Source: Nemertoderma westbladi (Eukaryota; Animalia; Xenacoelomorpha). Taken from it: a DNA stretch of 64,000 nt. Made by a program: the position numbers and the translations under genes. Below are positions 48,401 through 59,184 of the stretch, piece by piece. The notes below the pieces were generated by a model, which was not told the origin of the DNA, did no database searches, and saw only the letters and a program-made list of their open reading frames with translations. Every line of letters starts with the position of its first letter. Positions within the stretch are counted from its first letter, which is position 1. The DNA lies in NCBI GenBank assembly GCA_032718475.1, contig JAUCBJ010006254.1, forward strand, positions 1-64,000, in the 5' to 3' direction.

Positions 48401-51400
48401 GATCAGCTGCGTTTAATTTATCTCCCTTTCTACCCGATCAGCTGCGTTTAATTTATCTCCCTTTCTACCCGATCAGCTGCGTTTAATTTATCTCCCTTTC
48501 TACCCGATCAGCTGCGTTTAATTTATCTCCCTTTCTACCCGATCAGCTGCGTTTAATTTATCTCCCTTTCTACCCGATCAGCTGCGTTTAATTTATCTCC
48601 CTTTCTACCCGATCAGCTGCGTTTAATTTATCTCCCTTTCTACCCGATCAGCTGCGTTTAATTTATCTCCCTTTCTACCCGATCAGCTGCGTTTAATTTA
48701 TCTCCCTTTCTACCCGATCAGCTGCGTTTAATTTATCTCCCTTTCTACCCGATCAGCTGCGTTTAATTTATCTCCCTTTCTACCCGATCAGCTGCGTTTA
48801 ATTTATCTCCCTTTCTACCCGATCAGCTGCGTTTAATTTATCTCCCTTTCTACCCGATCAGCTGCGTTTAATTTATCTCCCTTTCTACCCGATCAGCTGC
48901 GTTTAATTTATCTCCCTTTCTACCCGATCAGCTGCGTTTAATTTATCTCCCTTTCTACCCGATCAGCTGCGTTTAATTTATCTCCCTTTCTACCCGATCA
49001 GCTGCGTTTAATTTATCTCCCTTTCTACCCGATCAGCTGCGTTTAATTTATCTCCCTTTCTACCCGATCAGCTGCGTTTAATTTATCTCCCTTTCTACCC
49101 GATCAGCTGCGTTTAATTTATCTCCCTTTCTACCCGATCAGCTGCGTTTAATTTATCTCCCTTTCTACCCGATCAGCTGCGTTTAATTTATCTCCCTTTC
49201 TACCCGATCAGCTGCGTTTAATTTATCTCCCTTTCTACCCGATCAGCTGCGTTTAATTTATCTCCCTTTCTACCCGATCAGCTGCGTTTAATTTATCTCC
49301 CTTTCTACCCGATCAGCTGCGTTTAATTTATCTCCCTTTCTACCCGATCAGCTGCGTTTAATTTATCTCCCTTTCTACCCGATCAGCTGCGTTTAATTTA
49401 TCTCCCTTTCTACCCGATCAGCTGCGTTTAATTTATCTCCCTTTCTACCCGATCAGCTGCGTTTAATTTATCTCCCTTTCTACCCGATCAGCTGCGTTTA
49501 ATTTATCTCCCTTTCTACCCGATCAGCTGCGTTTAATTTATCTCCCTTTCTACCCGATCAGCTGCGTTTAATTTATCTCCCTTTCTACCCGATCAGCTGC
49601 GTTTAATTTATCTCCCTTTCTACCCGATCAGCTGCGTTTAATTTATCTCCCTTTCTACCCGATCAGCTGCGTTTAATTTATCTCCCTTTCTACCCGATCA
49701 GCTGCGTTTAATTTATCTCCCTTTCTACCCGATCAGCTGCGTTTAATTTATCTCCCTTTCTACCCGATCAGCTGCGTTTAATTTATCTCCCTTTCTACCC
49801 GATCAGCTGCGTTTAATTTATCTCCCTTTCTACCCGATCAGCTGCGTTTAATTTATCTCCCTTTCTACCCGATCAGCTGCGTTTAATTTATCTCCCTTTC
49901 TACCCGATCAGCTGCGTTTAATTTATCTCCCTTTCTACCCGATCAGCTGCGTTTAATTTATCTCCCTTTCTACCCGATCAGCTGCGTTTAATTTATCTCC
50001 CTTTCTACCCGATCAGCTGCGTTTAATTTATCTCCCTTTCTACCCGATCAGCTGCGTTTAATTTATCTCCCTTTCTACCCGATCAGCTGCGTTTAATTTA
50101 TCTCCCTTTCTACCCGATCAGCTGCGTTTAATTTATCTCCCTTTCTACCCGATCAGCTGCGTTTAATTTATCTCCCTTTCTACCCGATCAGCTGCGTTTA
50201 ATTTATCTCCCTTTCTACCCGATCAGCTGCGTTTAATTTATCTCCCTTTCTACCCGATCAGCTGCGTTTAATTTATCTCCCTTTCTACCCGATCAGCTGC
50301 GTTTAATTTATCTCCCTTTCTACCCGATCAGCTGCGTTTAATTTATCTCCCTTTCTACCCGATCAGCTGCGTTTAATTTATCTCCCTTTCTACCCGATCA
50401 GCTGCGTTTAATTTATCTCCCTTTCTACCCGATCAGCTGCGTTTAATTTATCTCCCTTTCTACCCGATCAGCTGCGTTTAATTTATCTCCCTTTCTACCC
50501 GATCAGCTGCGTTTAATTTATCTCCCTTTCTACCCGATCAGCTGCGTTTAATTTATCTCCCTTTCTACCCGATCAGCTGCGTTTAATTTATCTCCCTTTC
50601 TACCCGATCAGCTGCGTTTAATTTATCTCCCTTTCTACCCGATCAGCTGCGTTTAATTTATCTCCCTTTCTACCCGATCAGCTGCGTTTAATTTATCTCC
50701 CTTTCTACCCGATCAGCTGCGTTTAATTTATCTCCCTTTCTATAATTTATCTCCCTTTCTACCCGATCAGCTGCGTTTAATTTATCTCCCTTTCTACCCG
50801 ATCAGCTGCGTTTAATTTATCTCCCTTTCTACCCGATCAGCTGCGTTTAATTTATCTCCCTTTCTACCCGATCAGCTGCGTTTAATTTATCTCCCTTTCT
50901 ACCCGATCAGCTGCGTTTAATTTATCTCCCTTTCTACCCGATCAGCTGCGTTTAATTTATCTCCCTTTCTACCCGATCAGCTGCGTTTAATTTATCTCCC
51001 TTTCTACCCGATCAGCTGCGTTTAATTTATCTCCCTTTCTACCCGATCAGCTGCGTTTAATTTATCTCCCTTTCTACCCGATCAGCTGCGTTTAATTTAT
51101 CTCCCTTTCTACCCGATCAGCTGCGTTTAATTTATCTCCCTTTCTACCCGATCAGCTGCGTTTAATTTATCTCCCTTTCTACCCGATCAGCTGCGTTTAA
51201 TTTATCTCCCTTTCTACCCGATCAGCTGCGTTTAATTTATCTCCCTTTCTACCCGATCAGCTGCGTTTAATTTATCTCCCTTTCTACCCGATCAGCTGCG
51301 TTTAATTTATCTCCCTTTCTACCCGATCAGCTGCGTTTAATTTATCTCCCTTTCTACCCGATCAGCTGCGTTTAATTTATCTCCCTTTCTACCCGATCAG

Positions 51401-53576
51401 CTGCGTTTAATTTATCTCCCTTTCTACCCGATCAGCTGCGTTTAATTTATCTCCCTTTCTACCCGATCAGCTGCGTTTAATTTATCTCCCTTTCTACCCG
51501 ATCAGCTGCGTTTAATTTATCTCCCTTTCTACCCGATCAGCTGCGTTTAATTTATCTCCCTTTCTACCCGATCAGCTGCGTTTAATTTATCTCCCTTTCT
51601 ACCCGATCAGCTGCGTTTAATTTATCTCCCTTTCTACCCGATCAGCTGCGTTTAATTTATCTCCCTTTCTACCCGATCAGCTGCGTTTCATTTATCCCCC
51701 TTTCTACCCGATCAGCTGCGTTTAATTTATCTCCCTTTCTACCCGATCAGCTGCGTTTAATTTATCTCCCTTTCTACCCGATCAGCTGCGTTTAATTTAT
51801 CTCCCTTTCTACCCGATCAGCTGCGTTTAATTTATCTCCCTTTCTACCCGATCAGCTGCGTTTAATTTATCTCCCTTTCTACCCGATCAGCTGCGTTTAA
51901 TTTATCTCCCTTTCTACCCGATTAGCTGCGTTTAATTTATCTCCCTTTCTACCCGATCAGCTGCGTTTAATTTATCTCCCTTTCTACCCGATCAGCTGCG
52001 TTTAATTTATCTCCCTTTCTACCCGATCAGCTGCGTTTAATTTATCTCCCTTTCTACCCGATCAGCTGCGTTTAATTTATCTCCCTTTCTACCCGATCAG
52101 CTGCGTTTCATTTATCCCCCTTTCTACCCGATCAGCTGCGTTTAATTTATCTCCCTTTCTACCCGATCAGCTGCGTTTAATTTATCTCCCTTTCTACCCG
52201 ATCAGCTGCGTTTAATTTATCTCCCTTTCTACCCGATTAGCTGCGTTTAATTTATCTCCCTTTCTACCCGATCGGCTGCGTTTAATTTATCTCCCTTTCT
52301 ACCCGATTAGCTGCGTTTAATTTATCTCCCTTTCTACCCGATCAGCTGCGTTTAATTTATCTCCCTTTCTACCCGATCAGCTGCGTTTAATTTATCTCCC
52401 TTTCTACCCGATCAGTTGCGTTTAATTTATCTCCCTTTCTACCCGATCAGCTGCGTTTAATTTATCTCCCTTTCTACCCGATCAGCTGCGTTTAATTTAT
52501 CTCCCTTTCTACCCGATCAGCTGCGTTTAATTTATCTCCCTTTCTACCCGATCAGCTGCGTTTAATTTATCTCCCTTTCTACCCGATCAGCTGCGTTTAA
52601 TTTATCTCCCTTCCTACCCGATCAGCTGCGTTTAATTTATCTCCCTTTCTACCCGATCAGCTGCGTTTAATTTATCTCCCTTTCTACCCGATCAGCTGCG
52701 TTTAATTTATCTCCCTTTCTATCCGATCAGCTACGTTTAATTTATCTCCCTTTCTACCCGATCAGCTGCGTTTAATTTATCCCCTTTCTACCCGATCAGC
52801 TGCGTTTAATTTATCTCCCTTTCTATCCGATCAGCTGCGTTTAATTTATCTCCCTTTCTACCCGATCAGCTGCGTTTAATTTATCCCCCTTTCTACCCGA
52901 TCAGCTGCGTTTAATTTATCCCCCTTTCTACCCGATCAGCTGCGTTTAATTTATCTCCCTTTCTACCCGATCAGCTGCGTTTAATTTATCTCCCTTTCTA
53001 CCCGATTAGCTGCGTTTAATTTATCTCCCTTTCTACCCGATCAGCTGCGTTTAATTTATCTCCCTTTCTACCCGATTAGCTGCGTTTAATTTATCTTCCT
53101 TTCTACCCGATCAGCTGCGTTTAATTTATCTTCCTTTCTACCCGATCAGCTGCGTTTAATTTATCTCCCTTTCTACCCGATCAGCTGCGTTTAATTTATC
53201 TCCCTTTCTACCCGATCAGCTGCGTTTAATTTATCTCCCTTTCTACCCGATCAACTGCGTTTAATTTATCTCCCTTTCTATCCGATCAGCTGCGTTTAAT
53301 TTATCTCCCTTTCTACCCGATCAGCTGCGTTTAATTTATCTCCCTTTCTACCCGATCAGCTGCGTTTAATTTATCTCCCTTTCTACCCGATCAGCTGCGT
53401 TTAATTTATCTCCCTTTCTACCCGATCAGCTGCGTTTAATTTATCTCCCTTTCTACCCGATTAGCTGCGTTTAATTTATCTTCCTTTCTACCCGATCAGC
53501 TGCGTTTAATTTATCTCCCTTTCTACCCGATCAGCTGCGTTTAATTTATCTCCCTTTCTACCCGATCAGCTGCGTT
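39433..53576. repeat. 35-bp satellite, main array (~14 kb, roughly 400 units)
   Basis: Same 35-bp unit. The 19-bp short units are frequent at 39.8-47.1 kb; there is a near-invariant tract at ~47.5-51.7 kb. Confidence 0.99.
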
Positions 53577-54785
53577 CTCCCTCGAAACACTACGTGGATC
53601 GATCAATCACTAACCTCAGGAAAAACTCCATATCTCCGTCGGTGTTTCAAAAGCAAAGATTTCTGGTAAGATATTAGTCACAAATACTTTATTACTAAAA
53701 TGATAACTTCTCAAATAAAATATTACTTTCAGGGTAAATTCATAATGACTACATTAAGCACAAACTCAGCACAAACAATAAAATTCGTAATGAAAAAAAA
53801 AGGTAATCTTGCATTAGAATATAAGATAACAAACCTGCACATCCGTGCGACATAGGTATCGCATTATAAGTATAATGCAGAGGCTCAATTGATTTGCATA
53901 AAACAATGCAGACACAATGACTGCAATGATGTCGCATAAACTAGACTAGAATAGTTGGAAATAAGTAGATGAATCCAAGGATTCATCTTTATTAAAATCG
54001 TTGTTTTAACAGCTATAGTATTAAATTGCACCCACAATTAATTAATTAACACATAAATTACCTATGTATTCGTGGGTAATCCATTACAATTGACACGTAG
54101 CTAATTGTTGAAACTCAAAGCCGAGTTTCCGCAGCGGAAAAATAAAATAAAAATAAATTTAGTATCCAATAAAATAAAAAGTATAATATGGATATATTAT
54201 GAATACTTATTCCAATATTAATAGAAGTATTATAGAGATTTATAGTTCCTAATATTATCAATTAAACTGGGTAATTAACAAATATCTAACCAACTATTTA
54301 ACATTGCAGGGCAATTATTTATACCAACAAAATATAAAAGCAATTATATTATAAAATATCAATCGAGTTCGCGAGCTGCAAACCAATTCAGTCAGAAGGA
54401 GAGGTGTCTGAGTTCGAGTTCGAGCATCGCAAATAAATAAAAAAGAACAATAAATATACACCAACCAATTAGTAATAGTTAGAAGCGAAAATCAATATGT
54501 CGCAGTGAAAGTTTATTCGACACGGGAACCAAACTTAGAACTTCTGCTAGAGTAAATCGAAACATCCATCATGTATTTACTCGTTCTTTCGGAATATTAT
54601 TGTTCAATATTTAACTGGTTTCTTTACGCAACGTGTTTGTAAATGTTTGGGTGTGGTGCGGCCCATCAGGCGGTAGAGTAGCTACTGTTGGCGGCTCACG
54701 CACCAACAAATACAGCACACAATCGGGATAAATATAAAACAACAAGGAGATAATTACTCTAGACAGACAGACAGGAACAGCGGCG

Positions 54786-55670
54786 TCACAGGGTGTGTTC
54801 GTCCAATCCTAGACTGGCTGCACCCCCGACTAGAGCGTTAACAACATCGTCGTCGTCATCGTTACCGGATGAGGGGTTGTCAGACTCGGATTGCGGTTCG
54901 TCGAGATCTTCCAAGGAGAAGTGGAGGATCTCCTTAATGACGACGGGGAGGTTGTGAGACTGTTGTTGTAGCTGGAGGAAGAGGGACTCGGCCTTAACGA
55001 GAATCGATTCCACATCCAGCCTCATCGAGAGCTCGTTAATGTGTTTGAGAATCTCGTTGAAACCATAGTTCTTGGAGATCATGGTGTCCTTCTCCTGCAG
55101 GAGTATAGCCAACGAGAACAAAAGATGGAAGTTCTTACAGGGTAAGTCGGTGAATAAGACTTCCCATAGGAGCATCGTGTCCGGGAAAGAGAACTCCCGC
55201 TTAAATAGGATGAGGAGCCATCGGAAACAGAAGAAGAGGTTGGAGGACTCCTTGCGTTCCAGGTAGTCGTAGAGGGCGGGGTCGATGTGGTTGATCAGCA
55301 GGTTGAGTTGGTCCAACTGGGTCCGCATTCCGGTCTGGTCGATCTCGAAGTTCCGATGTATCCGCTCCATCAGTCCCACGAAGCACCAGAAGGTGTCCAC
55401 CTCCTCGCGTTGCACCACTAGGATCACGCTGAGGAGGTCCGACATGCCCTGCACGTAGCCGAGGTCGAAGTCGTACATACAGTAGGTCATTAGGACGTCG
55501 TGGAGGGTGGCGAGGTTGGGTGAGTTCTCCCCGGAGTAGTGCGAGTGCGTGCGGTCCGTTCGCATCACGTCCTTCTCGATTAGGGACTTGCGCTCCCGAA
55601 TGTACTGGTTACGGTATTCCTGTTCTGGGGTCATCGACTTCCACTGCAGTTTCATCGAGTAGTAGAATTC
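54786..55670 (-). CDS. TBC1D15: TBC1 domain family member 15/17 (Rab-GAP), exon 2
   Basis: Acceptor ttccag|gaattc at 55670; TBC motifs IEKDVMRTDR, GYVQGMSDLL, FCFRWLLILFKREF. Confidence 0.9.
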   Translation of the reverse strand, partial: EFYYSMKLQWKSMTPEQEYRNQYIRERKSLIEKDVMRTDRTHSHYSGENSPNLATLHDVLMTYCMYDFDLGYVQGMSDLLSVILVVQREEVDTFWCFVGLMERIHRNFEIDQTGMRTQLDQLNLLINHIDPALYDYLERKESSNLFFCFRWLLILFKREFSFPDTMLLWEVLFTDLPCKNFHLLFSLAILLQEKDTMISKNYGFNEILKHINELSMRLDVESILVKAESLFLQLQQQSHNLPVVIKEILHFSLEDLDEPQSESDNPSSGNDDDDDVVNALVGGAASLGLDEHTL

Positions 55671-55843
55671 CTGGAAGACGGAGATATAAGTAAAAAATAT
55701 GTCAAACCGTAACCAACATTTAGTTGTTTTGCTTAAAGCCTAATTGTTTATTCCTAACCCAATTACCCTGGAATCCGGGAGCTAAGGAATTACAATTATT
55801 TTCTAAAGAAGTTGAATTAAGAAAATAAACACATAATAATTAC

Positions 55844-56854
55844 CTGTCGTTGTTTCACGTGTTCCTCCCGTTCCTTACCGACTACGTTCCAAGGAATGTA
55901 ACCGAGTAGGAACTTCCACCCCTCGTTCCTCGCGTCCTCCCGAAGTCCCCCTCGGAACACCGAGTCGAGAACGCGGGAACGATCCAGACCGGTGGCGGGA
56001 TTCGAGTACCTCATCCAGCGATCGAGCGAGATGGTGGGGCCCCGGACCACGTCGATGTCCGGACCCAGATCGAGGTCCGGACGGGAGACCAACTCGAACT
56101 CCTTGAGGTCGGGTGGGTTGGGGGGCGGTTCGAGAGGGAAGGCGGGGTCCCCTGTCTGCGGAGGAGAGCGATGAGTAGGCCCGCGTCCCCACACCAAGTC
56201 CTTAACTTTTGAGAACGAGGCGAGCGTGGCGGGAACGGGATCGTTAAAAAATCGCGTTACGAGGTTAGAGGAAGTATCGACGTCGAATAAACTCAACTCG
56301 TTGAAAGACTCCGAAAGAGCCTCCCGATTGTGTGGCGCTACGTTGAACAGCCGTCGGTCCTGGAACGATCTCTTCATGCTGACGTACTTCGCCATGCCTC
56401 GCATCATCTCGCGAGAACCGCCGTTGTGAAATGCGAATTCCGGAAGGGAAGATCCGTCTCGGAGGGTGAAGGTTAAACTAGCCCAACCCTGGGTTGGAGA
56501 GGATCTCTTAACACTCTTCAGATTGTTAAACCCGAATCTGACTATATTGTGGTCGTTCACGAGTTTCCTGTTGCTAAGAGGCCCGGGTGACACAGTGTCG
56601 CCTAGGTCGGACTTCTTAAAGGACATCGAGGTTACCATAGTCCAGTCCGCGGACGAAGGGGGTCCCGTAACCGTTACAACGTCACCGTAACCCGGGTCGA
56701 TCGAGTCATCCTCATCCTCGTAATCGGCTGAGAGCCAGACAACCAAAGGGCCGCGCTGGGAAGTCTCCTCGATCCGAATGCGGCCGCCCTGCAGAGAGTA
56801 CTGCGGCTGAGATTGGATGAAAACGCCGTCCTTCTCAAATACAACAGACATCAT
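55844..56854 (-). CDS. TBC1D15: TBC1 domain family member 15/17, exon 1
   Basis: N-terminus VVFEKDGVFI, FHNGGS, VFRGGL...WKFLLGY. Donor cag|gtaatt at 55843, phase 0, joining exon 2 in frame (~631 aa). Confidence 0.88.
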
Positions 56855-58115
56855 TTAAACATTATAACTTTAAATATCGATATTAAACTTTAATTAAACT
56901 ACTTTTACACTTCTTATTTCAGTATTTTTCGAATTATATAATCTGGGAGTCTGGTACCGTAAATTACTGAATTATGAATAATAGCTGTGCCCTACTGATT
57001 GGATAATTGTTTACTGTTGGTTAAGCTGGTAATCTGTACGGTACCGGTACTGATGACGTTGATGTATGAAGTATGTGCGTAGCACTGTCTGACTACTAAT
57101 GTTTGTACAACGATCAGTACACGAGATCAGTTATATCATCACAATGTAATTTTATTACACAAACATGACAGATGATAGGACCATTTAATCCAATATGTAA
57201 ATAATGCTGATATGGTTGCCACTTGCCAGACTTTTGGTTGCAGCACGTTGAGCAGGGCACACACGCAGAAATTAATCATCAGCTAAATTCGTAATTAGCC
57301 GAATAAAATTTTATAATTGTTATGATTACATTGGTAGTAACTCACTAAACACGAGTGCACATGGCTGTAAAATTGGCAGACTCGAGATGCTGCTATTACG
57401 TTGCTTACAGATTTGTTGAAAAATATTCCCAAAGTAAACACAATTAAATGTAACAAGACATTGATCAAGGTACATAGAGATTCCAAGTCCAACGTTTTGT
57501 ATTTTGTATTTAGAACTGTCTTTCACTAATTTTCAGGTATTTATTTGTTTTTGCTTTGAAAATGATTATTGTTTAATAAATCGAAACGTCAGCTGTTTTT
57601 TAGAATCTTTATTTCTCAAATCATGAAGTTTAAGCTATTTGCGCTGTTTATTGTTGCCTTAATAAGTCCAACGTTCTACCAACTTCGCCACTGCGACTGC
57701 GCCGTATGAAGCATTATAAAACTAAAACCACAACAACAACGGAGTGAATACTAGCGGTCTCCCTATGCGGACCTGAAACATCATAAAGTGGGAGTCAAAA
57801 TTTAGGAGGGAAATTTAAATTATTTTGATTTCAATAGGATACTTAATTTGCAATATCGCCGGGATGTTTGGAAGTACTTTATCTGTAGGTGTGTCGAGGC
57901 GCTATAAATACTCCGTTCCAGGGGTTGCAAATAACTTAACCTACAATTATTTTTTTTATTTACCTGGTGTCCATTCCCATGGATTCCAGCGTATGGCAAA
58001 GTTTTCGACTCAAAGACAAACCGTCAATGAGTTTATTTGGAGAGTTTCTTCAGGGCCTATTTTAAAATAATAAATTAGTTTATTCCAATTAAACCAAGAC
58101 CGTTAGGACCATTCC

Positions 58116-58501
58116 CGGGGTACGCAGCAAACTTCGCCCGCGTCTAATCTTGGCCCGGCCCGGAGCAATCTTCGCCCTCAAAATGGGCGTCTATCGCCCG
58201 GCGGAAACATTCGCCCGCGAGCAGCCTTCGCCCAATAAACAATTATTGTTTTGGTTAGAAAAAGCCGTCTCTGTAACCTGCTCCTTTCCCGCAATTAGTA
58301 ACACCATCGTTTATTGTTTTGGTTAGAAAAAGCCGTCTCTGTAACCTACTACATTCCCTCAATTTGTTACTAAAATGGTTACTAACACAAACTTATTGGG
58401 CGAAGGTTGCTCGCGGGCGAAGATTGCCTTGCGGGCTAAGGTTTTCCCCGAGCGAAGATTGGACCCGGGTGAAGGTTGTAGGCGGGCGAAGATTGCACCC
58501 A
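58116..58501. mobile_element. MITE with long imperfect TIRs made of ttcgccc subrepeats, 8-bp TSD
   Basis: ttcgcccgcgagcagccttcgcccaataa / ttattgggcgaaggttgctcgcgggcgaa, flanked by accattcc (58108-58115, 58502-58509). The centre holds ~2 units of the 68-bp repeat. Confidence 0.75.
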
Positions 58502-59184
58502 ACCATTCCTGGGCCAGGTAAGGCATGAAGGTGAGTGTAATTGCGTACCGCGGGATCCCTCAACCTGTACTGAGCGGCACCGATGCTGAAGCTGACCTAT
58601 CAGTATAAGAATTCTGTTACCGCCACCGCAATGCAATTAGAGAAAGCAATGTGTGATAATTTATCCCTATCCGCAACCTGGGAAACGGCCACAAAGAACT
58701 GTTTACTCTGCAAAGGGATTGGTCAATTACAGTCAGTAGGTCAATAAGTCTGTCAATCAGGTCATTAATATTTCTAAAAATTAAACAACAAACTGCGAAT
58801 GAATATAAATATGAATAACGAGCATAATCTCCTTACACTTTCCTATTTTTATATTTACAAATAATAATTATACATAGATTATAGATAGATAATAAATTAG
58901 TTCTCAAAATTAGTGACATAATTAATTACAATTAATAACATCTGACTTCATACAATCACATTTTAAATATATATTATAAATAATTTTAGATTTAAATTCG
59001 AAAGTTGAAACATTATTTCATTCGGTGGTTTAAACGTGACTCGTAACTTTATAAGATACTGATCACTTTATATTACAACTATATTCACATCATATTAAAA
59101 TGAATGTAAATATTTAAATTTTCACATAACATCGTGGGTATTCTATAGCTACTTAATAGCTTTAGTATAGTTAGGAGACATTAG

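Noticed and set aside
55817-55843. End of ORF 55817..56854 as a separate protein
   Set aside because: Intron read-through; the ORF splices to 55670.
57623-57709. Short signal-peptide-like ORF MKFKLFALFIVALISP...
   Set aside because: Only 28 codons, and no convincing downstream exon was identified.
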